Source: Eledone cirrhosa (taxonomy: Eukaryota). Taken from it: a DNA stretch of 64,000 bases. Position numbers and translations under genes: made by a program. Location of the stretch: positions 30,876,001 to 30,940,000 of the forward strand of contig OZ024746.1 in the NCBI GenBank assembly GCA_964016885.1, given 5' to 3'. A model generated the notes under the pieces. It did not search any database. It saw nothing but the letters and a program-made list of their open reading frames with translations, and was not told the origin of the DNA. Shown here one piece after another: positions 30,047 through 43,196 of the stretch (its first letter is position 1; the number at the start of each line of letters is the position of its first letter).

Positions 30047-30917
30047 GGCTTCTACAGGACTAGAACTGTTTCAGGTGGGGAAATAGTCGGAAGAGCAGTG
30101 TATGCCATTCTATGTATTGTAAAGTCACTTAATGTTGGACAACAACAACCACAATAATAATAACAATAACAACAAGAACAACAACAGCAATAATAGTAAT
30201 CTTCGCAAAATCAACAACATGCGAATTTATAAAACTGATTGAAAAGCGTGACATTATGTTTATATATGTGTGTGTGTGTATGTATGTGTGTGTGTGTGTG
30301 TGTGTGTGTGCGCGTGTGCGTGTGTGTGTACACAAATGTATGGCCGAAAAGATCTTAAAATTTGTAAACAGATCGTTCGCTGTTGTGATTGAATAACACG
30401 TGTTTGATAACACGTGTTCCATGAAATGTTAAGGTCAGTTACCATTGGTGGAAAGGTCAAAGTGAGACACTAACGCCCCCTACCTCTGATAATCGCCATA
30501 TGTTAAATCTAATTTATAACCTTCCAACTACTTTCCACATTTTAAAATCTTTTCAATTATATTTGCTTTTATTATCATATGTTAATATGATGTTTGTCTT
30601 AGTTAGGGCGATGGTGATTGCCGCATCTCACACTCTATCGATCAGCCAGTATTTATGTCGTTCTGAGTTCAATCCCCACTAAGATCAGCTCTGTCTTTCA
30701 TCCCCTCCGGGTGGTCGATAAATTGAGGTAGTAGTCAACTACTGAAGTCGACTTAATTTACTCTCTCTCCCTCTGCAAAATGTGTAGCCTTGTGCTAAAT
30801 GTTCCGAAGTACTTATTTCCATCGGCTTATTTCTCGGAGAAAAACATCCACACATACTACACATAATCCCACAAAGCACACATATATAACCTCATCAACC
30901 CTCTAGTATGTTCCGCT

Positions 30918-31292
30918 ATACGAGTGTGAGCTGTGAAATCTTGCATGCATTAATTTTAACTCTTCTTATTAATAACTGTATTGTTTCTTTCCAGGTAAAC
31001 CGGCATTTGACTGTTCAAAGAAGAATTCAAAAGTAACTAGTAGCGAATTCTCTTCAAAATGGATAAAATTTGGCATCGTTGTGTTATCAAGTACCTGCAG
31101 AAAAAGGGTTTAGCCCCCAATTACATTCACGTTGACATGGTTGATACATTAGAGTATGACGCTCCAGCTTTATCAACAATGTAAAATTGGACAGCTGAAT
31201 TTAGGAGAGTAATGGAGAATCTTGAAGATGAATCAAGATCTTGACGTCCTGCAACTACTACCACTGAGGAAAACATAGATCGTATTCACCAT
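30918..31292 (+). pseudogene. mariner-type transposon 5' remnant
   Basis: TA-CGAG start; ATG at 31059 gives MDKIWHRCVIKYLQKKGLAP...LSTM*NWTAEFRR...LEDESRS*RPATTTTEENI (mariner HTH region with stops). Confidence 0.85.
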
Positions 31293-31825
31293 GTATATAA
31301 AATAGTAGTGATGTACGTAGATGAACCTATAGAATTGTGTCAAAAATAACCTTTTTCCCTAAGTTTGACAATCATCTTTAGTTTGATTTAAGGGTTAGTC
31401 CGCCTCGTGGTCCCAACGGATAGAATGGATGGCGAGGGCGACGCGCTGGAACAGCAACTCCGGGTAGTCAACTCCGCGGTGAGTAGGGATTTGATCAGCA
31501 GTGAGGTGAGGGTCAAGAACGCCAGTCGGAAGCCTCCACTGCCACAGGTTCGACTAGTCTATTTCAAAGACTCTTCACCTCTCCTCAAATTTGTGGCCCT
31601 GTACCTCAACTGGTGACCATCATTATTGCTCGTACTGTAAGGCGGGGAGTGGCCCAATATTTTGAATTATTTACTCACTACATTTTCTGAGTTCAAATCG
31701 TTTCATCTTCCGAGTTCAATAAAATAAAGTACCAGTTAACTTTCTCCTAGTAAAATTACTGGCCTTGTGTCTAAATTAGAAATCCCTTTAATCATTTCTA
31801 CGATCTGAGTTCCGTTCATTTTCTT

Positions 31826-31926
<101 letters not shown>

Positions 31927-32012
31927 CTTAAAAGGGATGGGCTCTGCCAGGATAAAATACACAAAACTCATACACACACACACACACACATATATATAAA
32001 TATATATATATA

Positions 32013-32545
32013 TGAAAAACATGGGGAGAAGAATACTGCATGGTTGCACATGGATTACATATTATAAAATTAGTCCCTCATCAGTGATTTGCCAACGATC
32101 ATTGGTATTTCATCGCATTAAAAATCATATACCTCAGGTTGGTGCGAGCAATAACTAAAATATGCTATTGGGACAAGTGAGTCGCGTAAAGCGAGTGAGA
32201 CAAGTAAACAACATAGAAGGAAAAGCTAACCGAAGATGGGAAGAAAAATCAAGCAACATGGTTATCCGATCAGCATAAGCTGGGTGAATTTCATGAGCGT
32301 TCAGAATACAGACCTTTCGCCGTGAATGGGATGTGAGAAAGAAAGAATCCCACTCCTAACGAACGGGAGGAAGTGAGAAGGGGAGAAACAGAGAGTGGGT
32401 GAGTGGAAGTGCGAGGGAGAGGTCAGTCGAGAGAAAGTGTAACTGACAGAGGGGGCGAAAGAAGGTAAGAGAAACAGAGAGAAAGGGAGAAACAGATAAT
32501 CGCAGTTTAGGTAAATATATATGAAAAACATGGGGAGAAGAATAC

Positions 32546-32550
<5 letters not shown>
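32013..32550 (-). mobile_element. (TA)n-embedded element, about 1.07 tandem units of 509 bp, with CTGATGA on the minus strand (32078-32084)
   Basis: gaaaaacatggggagaagaatactgcat at 32014 and 32523; fragment at 48392-48478; no GAAA half identified. Confidence 0.55.
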
Positions 32551-32592
<42 letters not shown>

Positions 32593-32596
<4 letters not shown>

Positions 32597-33321
32597 GAAA
32601 ATAGAGAAATTAATATGAGCAAGAAGCCAACAGTATTTCATAATATATAAGTGACTCTAACGTCAAGATGGAAAATATTTAACGTAAGATATGGGAAAAT
32701 AATTCAAACTCAATTAAAAAAAAAAAAAAAAAAAATCAAGACAAGTTTTATCCACAGATTTTGTGAAATCCATGGAAAAAACCAATAGAGTCTTAACTCA
32801 GAATAAAATTAAGGTTAAATACTCATCCTTCAATTTGGAAAAACTACAAATGCTCTATATAGTCTTAAAAAGACTATTTCACGAAACTTTTCAGTGGGAT
32901 TAGTCACGGTTGGAGTCGTTCATCAGTAGAGCTCAAAACACGATAACCAAAACCACTGCTAAAATATGCCAGAAAGGGAATTTAAAAGCAGGCTAGTGCA
33001 CCTCGTGTGGAATTATGAAAATAAACACACATGGAGAACATGGCTAGTGACGTCAGAATGAGACGAATGTCTGTTTACAAGAAACAGCAGTCAAAACATT
33101 CCGAAAAAACTCAACAAAAATATATGGAGTTCAGCATATAGCAATATTATCGCGGTTTAAAAAAAAAAAAAGACCGGGATTAGTCACAAATAATTTTAAG
33201 CACTCTAGGAAAAATTCCGAGTATAAAATAAATGAAAATAGAGAAATTAATGTGAGCAAGAAGCCAACAGTATTTCATAATATATAAGTAACTATAACGT
33301 CAAGATGGAAAATATTTAACG

Positions 33322-33324
<3 letters not shown>
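32593..33324 (-). mobile_element. HHR element, about 1.15 tandem units of 637 bp (about 93-bp terminal direct repeat), in (TA)n
   Basis: 32593-32686 repeated at 33230-33324. Confidence 0.8.
32852..32932 (-). ncRNA. Complete type I hammerhead ribozyme with a stable stem III
   Basis: Minus strand: gctcta-CTGATGA-acga...tcgt-GAAA-TAGTCTT-ttt-AAGACTA-TA-tagagc. Confidence 0.85.
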
Positions 33325-33355
<31 letters not shown>

Positions 33356-33826
33356 TGTATATGCTGTGTTGTATGGAAGTCGCTTCACTGCTTCACAAAT
33401 CACATAAATAAAACAAAGGAAATAGACAAAGGAAATACAGCAATCAAATGAAAGATGACAGAGGGAAGCTTTGGTTATTTAGTCTTGTTTGTCATTAGTT
33501 TAATTACTAGAATAATTACTGATTCACTAATTAGGCTTCAAATTAATCAGGAATGTTGTTGTTTTTATAATTGCCCTGTCTCTAGATCTCGGATCATTAC
33601 AGGACATTTTTGTGTTATGGAACTCAGTCAAATGTAGCTTGATTTTCTCCTGGGATGGTCTCGGATGGTTAAATATTTGTCTCCTCTCGTTTCACTATTT
33701 AGATATGTACACACAGATACATACACACACACAATACATACCCACTCATATACGCACTCACATTCACACACACACACACACAGAGAGAGAGAAGTGAGTG
33801 ATATGTATAATATGATATATATATAT

Positions 33827-34018
33827 GGGGAAAAGTATGCCCCCGACGGCAGAGCTCAAGCCGTATCGAGGGCTATTTCTGGACTAACCGGGTTCAGCTC
33901 TGGCGTGGGGGGGGGGGGGGTTCATACTTTTTCCTATTACCCACTCTACTACCCTAAGTATTGAGTACTCTGGTGCGTGATGGTCCATCTGGTTCCTTAC
34001 CACATTTCCTTCGTTATA

Positions 34019-34051
<33 letters not shown>

Positions 34052-34278
34052 CAATGATATTAATAAATGGAAACTATAAAATCATATTTATTGTATTATA
34101 TATATTTGAAGGGTACCAACATTTTAATATATATAATAGAATAAATATGATTTTATAAAGATAGTTTCCATTTATTAATATCATTGATATTATATACCAG
34201 AGAAAAATTCTGTAGAGTGCTTCGAATCTGTTATAAATAAGTTTGTTGAATAACCAACAAATTAAATATCTCTTTGCT
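33827..34278. mobile_element. Adjacent degenerate family H (33827-34015) and family J (34033-34278) elements
   Basis: Similarity to the other H and J copies; separated by TA repeats. Confidence 0.65.
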
Positions 34279-34295
34279 TATATATATATATATAT

Positions 34296-35093
34296 ATAAG
34301 TATGTACACGTACATACATATATGTATACAGACGTACAGTAGTATGTATATATATATATACATACATGCACACATATATATATGTACGTATGGATTCACC
34401 GAATATTTATTATAATGCTCGGTGTGTTTGTAAACAAACATCCCGTATTAAGCCGTAGTGTCTAGCAACCATCGTTGCTCGTTTGTTCAACACTGACAAA
34501 GGAACGCTGTACTAGTTTCAGGCTTATTAGCTATCGTCAGCAACGTATACCTTCCTGCCAGATTGTTGAACGTATATACTTACCTTATGCATATTAACGG
34601 CTGAGTAACAGCCGTACCAAGAGTGGGAAATGAAATTTCGTTTCATTTTTTCTGTTTATCGTTTTCGGTGCACCCGGCCGATTAACCCACTCGATATGCA
34701 AATTGGGCTACTCAGCCGTTAATATGCATAAGGTAAGTATATACGTTCAACAATCTGGCAGGAAGGTATGCGTTGCTGACGATAGCTAATAAGCTTGAAA
34801 CTAGTACAGCGTTCCTTTGTCAGTGTTAAACAAAGGAGCAACGATGGTTGCTAGACACTACGGCTTAATACGGGATGTTTGTTTACAAACACACCGAGCA
34901 TTATAATAAATGTTCGGTGAATCCATACGTACATATATATATATGTGTGCATGTATGTATATACATATGTGTGCATGTATATATATACATACTACTGTAC
35001 GTCTGTATACATATATGTATGTACGTGTACATACTTATATTTAAGTAACAGCCGTACTAAGAGTGGGAAATGAAATTTCGTTTCATTTTTTCC

Positions 35094-35098
<5 letters not shown>
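34296..35098. mobile_element. Family A element: 1.1 tandem 440-bp units (34604-35098, +) plus an inverted partial copy (34296-34606)
   Basis: agtaacagccgtac...ttttcattttt at 34604 and 35044; HHRs at 34770-34812 (+) and 34504-34546 (-). Confidence 0.85.
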
Positions 35099-35170
<72 letters not shown>

Positions 35171-35776
35171 TACACATATACAGTGAGAGAGAATGAGAGA
35201 GAGAAAATGAGTGAGTGAGAGAAGGAGATAGGAAGAGAGATAATGTGATGTATATAAAATATACACAGACATACATACATGCACACACACAGATGGAAAG
35301 ATCTCTGTGAGAATATGAGTCTCTATAACGGGCCTGTGTGCATTTAAACATGAGTGTGTATGTGTTAGCATGTGGTTGGATGTGCGTATGTACATATGTT
35401 TGTGTATGCGTAACGTATGTTTGAGGGTGTTTGTGGGTGGCATAAAGCAGTAGGCAGAAGACTAAACGGAATGAGATGGATCTCCGTCCGTTTCGACGAG
35501 TGTTCCAATTATCCGATCAACGGAGCCAACCTGCTCATGAAATTACAGTGCAAATAGCCGAGCATTCTACAGACACATGTACACATAATTCTCAGGGAGA
35601 TTCAGTGTGATATAGTTTGCGACAAGGTACAATCCCTCCAACAGGCTTCCACACAGTTTCCGTCGACCCAATTCCACTCACAAGTCTTAAGTCGACCCGA
35701 AACTGTGTTAAATGACCAAATGATTTCGAAGTGAACTTCTTAACCATTCGGCAATTGCTGCGACCTCACACTAAAC

Positions 35777-36005
35777 CAGCGGTCGCCAACCGCTGGTCCG
35801 CTGAGAGAAAATTTGGGAGGTCCGCTGAGAGAAAATTTGGGAGGTCCGCTGAGAGAAAATTTGGGAGGTCCGCTGAGAGAAAATTTAGGAGGTCCGCCGA
35901 AAACGTTTATTGTATTTATCTTTTAAAAAAATTCATATTAGTAGTCCGCAGGATTTTAAATTATGAATTTAGTGGTCCATGAGGTCCCTAAGGTTGGCGA
36001 CCCTG
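35777..36005. mobile_element. hAT-type MITE with an internal 24-bp repeat (x4)
   Basis: TIRs CAGCGGTCGCCAACC / GGTTGGCGACCCTG; 8-bp TSD cactaaac/ccctaaac (7 of 8 match). Confidence 0.8.
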
Positions 36006-36444
36006 CCCTAAACGACACAACTGGGTCTTAATATCTACCATACTTTCATTTAGTATGGTAGACATTAAACTATATTACACAGAGTATCCCAGGACATACA
36101 CATTTATACACAACATACAGAAAATAGTACTACTAGATACTAAATACGTATTATGTAGAGTATACCATGATAGAAAACAATATTACTAGCTACTGCGCAC
36201 ATATTACGAAGAGTACTTTAAATACAATAGAAACAACAGCAGCAAAACATAATACTAGACACACCCAAAGCACATAGAGTTGTGCTTGGTAAAGCAATGA
36301 GAATAAGTCTAATGGACCTACTACTACTACTACTACTACTACTACTTATAATAATTATAATATATTGCAAACCCTTTAATGCCGCTAATTATATGTCTCT
36401 TTATCAATCTTGCCAACATTCTATCTATTTATCTAATTATCTAT

Positions 36445-36772
36445 CCCAGTAAATTTACTGAAAGGTGGGTGAATGAAGCGAAAATGGCCCGAGTGATTGG
36501 GCCTTCTCTGTTTATAAGCCTGTAGGTTGAGGAAGAGAGCAAAAGGAAGAAAGGAGCACTTGCACAACACGCTCCTCGAGTTGAGGGTTGTTCTATCGAC
36601 GGGGTATTAAACAACCCATTTGTGGCGCCTCCCCCCTATTGGGGATTTCGATTGTTGAAATTGTTTGTTTTTATATTTTTTACACGACTGTATGTAAAAT
36701 CCCCGGCATGTCTTTGTATTGTCCCCTTTCTTGTTGCGCCCTTGTGGCTAATAAAGAAATCTATCTATCTCT
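36445..36772 (+). mobile_element. Tx1-type LINE 3' fragment in (TATC)n
   Basis: PSKFTERWVNEAKMARVIGPSLFISL-stop plus 3' UTR and tail aataaagaaatctatctatc. Confidence 0.9.
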
Positions 36773-36820
36773 GTATGTACGTTTATAGTTTATATATATG
36801 TGAATATATATATATATATG

Positions 36821-36859
<39 letters not shown>

Positions 36860-36978
36860 TGCGTCTGTGTGTGTGTTTGTGAATATGGACGTATATACAC
36901 ACTCAGCGTTAACCTTCCATATACTGTAACGATTGTGTTGTTATTTCTGTTTACCTTTTACATACATATATATATATA

Positions 36979-37416
36979 TAGTGGCGGACTGGCCAGGTTG
37001 CCCAATGGCAAGTGGGCCCCAGGTGGCCCACGGTAGCATTGCGGGGACCCACAGTAGCATTGCAGGGCCCACTGTAGCATTTTAGGGGCCAATGCTTAAC
37101 CTTAAAAAATATCTGAAGTCTAAGAGGAAGAATAAATTTAAAAAAACAAAAAAACAATTATGCAAAGCATTTGGTCAATCAATTCCCCAGTGAATTACTA
37201 GAAACCTAAACATACCATAGTGCAAATAGGTGGAATCACTGGTTGTACATTCTACTAAGCTTAGTGTATTCATTGATGCATGCAAACACATATATAGACA
37301 CACACACATAAGCATATATATATATATATATATATACAATGTCAATTTGATCCCAGGGTTTTTTGTAAAAGTTGAAAACATGTAATGTATACATATAGAT
37401 AAATCTATATATACAC

Positions 37417-37461
<45 letters not shown>

Positions 37462-37697
37462 GTGAGTGTGAAAGACCAAAGGTCATTATTGAAAGTGTCT
37501 GGATTTCGCAAAATACATATTTTTTATTGAAGGTTAGATATTTTTCCTCAAAAATTTGAATGCACTGTTTTGTTTCCACTTACATATTTTTTCAAAATGT
37601 AATTTATTCATTATAAAAAATAAATTATAGCATTCTATATGTAGGTGGGGCCCCTTCATCTCCTGGAAACCAATATTTTAGACCCAGTCCGCCACTG
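36979..37697. mobile_element. hAT-type non-autonomous element
   Basis: TIRs (T/C)AGTGGCGGACTGG / CCAGTCCGCCACTG; subterminal GGGCCC repeats; TSD tatatata/tataaata. Confidence 0.75.
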
Positions 37698-37944
37698 TAT
37701 AAATATAATGTATATATATAATGCCAATCATTGTAAGTTTGAATCTAACTGACATGCAAAAACATATATATAGGAATAAGGTAAGCCCAAATAATAGTAG
37801 GTTCAAATATCACAGCGAGAAAGAGATGGGGGGGGGAGAAATGAGGTGCAACAGAAATGAAATATGGATTACAGGTTAAAATATAGTCTAGATAGATGTG
37901 AAACAAAACAAGAATGTAATTTATGGAACACCCAAATGATTTAG

Positions 37945-38405
37945 AAGTCGACCTTAAGTATAAGTAGGAGCAATACCATTAAGAAAGACATGAACAACAC
38001 CACATCATTTTGTATTGAAAATTTTGAAAGTAGGTTTATAAGTATTAATTTTCAAAAGATTTTCGTAGTTGTTTCAGTGGACTAGTGGTAGATACTAGAG
38101 ATGTTGGAGATCCTGGCCTTGGGTGCAATCCTGATCAAGAGGTACATGTAATCATTTTCGGTTTTTATTTTACATCCCATAGAAAAAAAAACTGAAAATG
38201 TTTAGTGGGAACCCTACTCCCGACCAGGATCGAACTTCAGACCAAGAGAACCACCGTCTACGGTTCCTCCAACTAGGCCGCCGAGACAGCTACGAAAGTA
38301 TAACGAAAATTAATAATTATAAACCTACTTCCAAAATCAAAATTAAACACATGTGTTGTCGTTCATGGCTTTCCTAAAGCTATTAGTTATATTTAAGGTC
38401 GACCT
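37945..38405. repeat. Old diverged inverted repeat with tRNA-like A/B boxes in both arms
   Basis: Minus strand of right arm: ggcggcctagttgg...gttcgatcctggtcggg; left arm: agtggactagtgg...gtgcaatcctgatc. Confidence 0.55.
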
Positions 38406-38511
38406 ATCAATCTTCTGGCTCTTTGGTAACAACCTTATTATTCCTATGTGTGTTTAACTGTTAATTTAATTTGATTATTTTAACAAACAAATAATATATA
38501 ATATATATATA

Positions 38512-38616
<105 letters not shown>

Positions 38617-38756
38617 CGTGTGTGTGTGTGTGCGTGCGTGCGTGTGTGTGTGTGTGTGTGGCTGACTGAATATAAATGCCTTTTCACAAAAAAAAAATGT
38701 CCGTTCCTTTCTCTTTTCACTCTATCTTTCTATTTCATCTTTTATTCCTAATTCTA

Positions 38757-38792
38757 TCTTCTGATGAAGGAGTAGGGTCCGAAACGTAAAGA
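38757..38792 (+). ncRNA. Minimal type I hammerhead ribozyme
   Basis: tctt-CTGATGA-a-gga-gtaggg-tcc-GAAA-CG-TA-aaga; palindrome ACGT; GUA. Confidence 0.8.
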
Positions 38793-38896
38793 CTCTTCCT
38801 ACTATATCAACCATAAAATTAATATATCTCTTCACTGTTCTGTGTTGTTTGATTGTTGTTTCCGTTTACCTTTTGCATGCATACATACAAGTGTGT

Positions 38897-39716
38897 ATGT
38901 TATCTCTTTCTCTTAATTTCGAGTATATTTTTTTGACCGGCCACCTTCCTGGTGGCAAGGTTGTAAAAGAAAAGAAATTGTCATCCCTTGAATCGCAAGA
39001 ATGTTTTGCAAATTTTGAAGGTGCCAGCTATCGCAGCCATTTGTAGACTATGAATTAGGGAGCTGCGCTCTTTGTCCGCAAATCCAAGTTCAGTCATACT
39101 TTGGTTCAAGCGGGTTGGTATATAACCCGTAGCTCCAATAATGATGGGTATGAAGCTAAAGGTGTATCTTGGATACTGGATTTGTAAACTCCTCATCAAT
39201 GGTCCGTAGATGTCCTCCTTCTCCTGTATTTTTCTGACAACTTTTACATCAAGTGGGCAGGTGATGTTTTCAATGTGTGGTCCCAAACAACAATATCAGG
39301 CCGGTTGTGCTTTAATTTGGTGGCAGTTTTTATTTTCAGGTTCCACCAGTATTCCTTAGTGCCATCTGTCTCAATATATTCTTCCTCGTTTGTTGTTAAT
39401 TTTGTTTTCCCAAGTGCGTTCCAGATGGTTCTAGCTATCCCATCATGTCTTATGGGGAGGTAGTAGCAAGATGACATTCTTTCGCAGCTGGCAACAATGT
39501 GGCTTACATCCTCGATCTTTGTTTTACATAGCCTACATTTATTGTCAGCTGATGGCCCTCCCCTTTTGTGCAGCAGATATTTGGTAGGGAGTTCTTGTTC
39601 CTGTATTGCATAGAGATATCCCTCAAGGTGTGATGTCATAAACCTGTCGGAACTCCATGCCAGGCTTTTTGAGTGGTTTATCCCCTCTATGGTCTGTGTT
39701 TTACGTCTCAAGTATC
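38897..39716 (-). mobile_element. 5'-truncated R4/Dong-like non-LTR retrotransposon (restriction-like endonuclease)
   Basis: EGYLYAIQEQ, CRLC...H...C knuckle, RHD, RPDIVV, EKEDIY, PIIIGATG; one frameshift near 39270. Confidence 0.85.
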
Positions 39717-39784
39717 CATGTATGTATGTATGTATGTATGTATGTATGTATGTATGTATGTATGTATGTATGTATGTATGTATG

Positions 39785-40275
39785 CCACTTTCTCTTAATT
39801 TTGAGTTTATTTTTGACCGGCCACCCTCCCGGTGGCAAGGTTGTAAAGAACAGGCAATTGTCGTCGTCCCTTGTGTAAGCATTCATCGTTTGAATCGTAG
39901 GAATGTTTTACAGATTTTGAAGGCTCCAAATATCGTAGTCATTTCTAGCTTATGAATTAAGGAGCCATGTTCTTTCTCCACAAATCCAAGTTCAGTTATA
40001 CTTTGGTTCAGGCTGGTTGGTATATAACTTGTAGCCCCAATAATAACGAGTATGAAATTGAGCGTGTATCTTCGATACTGGAAACTTCTCATCAATGGTC
40101 TGTTGGTATCTTCTTTCTCATGTATTTTTCTTATTGCATTGACATCAAGTAGGCAGCTGATTTTTACAATATAGCATGTTTTTAATATATGGTCCCAAAC
40201 AACAATATCAAGCCGGTTGTGTTTTGATGTGGTGAGAGGGTTTATTTTACGTTCTACCAGTATTCATTTTGGCTA
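39785..40275 (-). mobile_element. Second, more degenerate R4/Dong-like 3' fragment
   Basis: Parallels 38897-39360; separated from the first copy by (TATG)n. Confidence 0.8.
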
Positions 40276-40962
40276 TTAGTCTCTCTCCCTCTTTATCCCC
40301 CTCTCTCCTTCCCTCTCTCCCTTCCTCTACACCTCTTTCTCTTTCATATATATAAAACTGAGCTTGGATTTGTGGAAAAGAACGTAGCTCCTTAATCCAT
40401 AAGCTAGAAATTGCCACATCTGGAACCTTCAAAACGGTCTGTGTATAAGAGTGTATATATATATATATATGTCAGCGTGTATATGTTGTGTAAACGTGTG
40501 TATGTGTGTATGTATGTGTATAGGTGTGTGTATGCGTGTGTGTGTGCGTTTAAGCGAGTGTATGTGTGTGTGTGTGCGTGCGTGTGTGTAAGGAAGTGCA
40601 TGTGTGCGTGCGTGTGTGTAAGCGAGTGTATGTTTGTATGTATGTATGCGATATTTTCCCTGTTTGTTTATTATTGTTTATATATAATTCCAAAGTTTTA
40701 CCTAATTTTGGAAATGAGTCTTTCTAATATTGGTGTACAAAATCAACAATTTAAGGGAAGGCAAAAATCGATTATATTGACCTCAGTACTTTACTGGTAC
40801 TTTATTATATCGACTTGCTAAGGATGAAATGCAAAGTTCACGTGATTTGACGGTATTTGAAATCAGAAAATAAAGAACCAGAACAACTACTGCTAAACAT
40901 TTTGCCAACGATCTTTCCTTATGAAACAATTAACTAATCAATACGTATTTAATTAAATTTAC

Positions 40963-42915
40963 ACCAACACTAATCTGTTAATATCAACACTAATCTGTTA
41001 ATATCAACACTAATCTGTTAATATCATCACTAATCTGTTAATATCAACACCAATCTGTTAATATCAACACCAATCTGTTAATATCAACACCAATCTGTTA
41101 ATATCATCACCAATCTGTTAATATCAACACCAATCTGTTAATATCAACACTAATCTGTTAATACCAACACTCACTAATCTGTTAATATCAACACCAATTT
41201 GTTAATATGAACACCAATCTGTTAATACCAACACTAATCTGTTAATATGAACACTAATCTGTTAATATCAACACTAATCTGTTAATATCATCACTAACCT
41301 GTTAATATCAACACTAATCTGTTAATATCAACACTAATCTGTTAATATCAACACTAATCTGTTAATATCAACACTAATCTGTTAATATCAACACTAATCT
41401 GTTAATATGAACACCAATCTGTTAATACCAACACTAATCTGTTAATATCAACACTAATCTGTTAATATCATCACTAATCTGTTAATATCAACACTAATCT
41501 GTTAATATCATCACTAATCTGCTAATATCATCACTAATCTGTTAATATGAACACAAATCTGTTAATATCAACACTCACTAATCTGTTAATATCAACACTA
41601 ATCTGTTAATATGAACACAAATCTGTTAATATCATCACTTATCTGTTAATATCAACACTAATCTGTTAATATCAACACCAATCTGTTAATATCATGACTA
41701 ATCTGTTAATATCATCACTAATCTGTTAATACCATCACTAACCTGTTAATATCAACACTAATCTGTTAATATCATCACTAATCTGTTAATATCATCACTA
41801 ACCTGTTAATATCAACACTAATCTGTTAATATCAACACCAATCTGTTAATATCATCACTAATATGTTAATATCATCACTAATCTGTTAATATCAACACTA
41901 ATCTGTTAATATCAACACTCACTAATCTGTTAATATCAACACTCACTAATCTGTTAATATCAACACTAATCTGTTAATATCATCACTAATCTGCTAATAT
42001 CATCACTAATCTGTTAATATGAACACAAATCTGTTAATATCAACACTCACTAATCTGTTAATATCAACACTAATCTGTTAATATGAACACAAATCTGTTA
42101 ATATCATCACTTATCTGTTAATATCAACACTAATCTGTTAATATCAACACCAATCTGTTAATATCATGACTAATCTGTTAATATCATCACTAACCTGTTA
42201 ATATCAACACCAATCTGTTAATATCAACACCAATCTGTTAATATCAACACCAATCTGTTAATATCATCACTAATCTGTTAATATCAACACCAATCTGTTA
42301 ATATCAACACTAATCTGTTAATATCAACACCAATCTGTTAATATCAACACTAATCTGTTAATATCAACACCAATCTGTTAATATCATCACTAATCTGTTA
42401 ATATCAACACCAATCTGTTAATATCATCACTAATCTGTTAATATCAACACCAATCTGTTAATATCATCACTAATCTGTTAATATCATCACTAACCTGTTA
42501 ATATCATCACTAAGCTGTTAATATCAACACTAATCTGTTAATATCAACACCAATCTGTTAATATCATCACTAATCTGTTAATATCAACACCAATCTGTTA
42601 ATATCAACACTAATCTGTTAATATCATCACTAACCTGTTAATATCAACACTAATCTGTTAATATCAACACTAATCTGTTAATATCAACACCAATCTGTTA
42701 ATATCATCACTAATCTGTTAATACCATCACTAACCTGTTAATATCAACACTAATCTGTTAATATCATCACTAATCTGTTAATATCATCACTAACCTGTTA
42801 ATATCAACACTAATCTGTTAATATCAACACCAATCTGTTAATATCATCACTAATCTGTTAATATCATCACTAATCTGTTAATATCAACACTAATCTGTTA
42901 ATATCAACACTCACT
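40963..42915. repeat. 20-bp tandem satellite (ACTAATCTGTTAATATCAAC), just under 100 copies
   Basis: Read directly; variants recur in blocks. Confidence 0.98.
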
Positions 42916-43196
42916 CAATAAAATATCCTTCACCAACAATACCATACAACCTGCATTTATATTTATTTTAATACCTATACTGTTTGTTTTTTTAAAACAA
43001 ATACATTATATTTTGGTTTGCTTCTATTTTTTGCTTTTATTCTCTTTTATTGTTTTATTTTTTTTATTTCATTATATATTTTTTAAATAATTTCACTTTT
43101 TTTTTTAGATTCTTCTCTTAAACTTTCTTTCTGTTATGTTTGTGAAACTTTCTTTCTGTTATGTTTGTGTACAACAGCTGTCCACACAACACTTAC

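Noticed and set aside
40963-42915. Regular short repeats as a CRISPR array
   Set aside because: Units are contiguous with no unique spacers; eukaryotic context; no cas genes.
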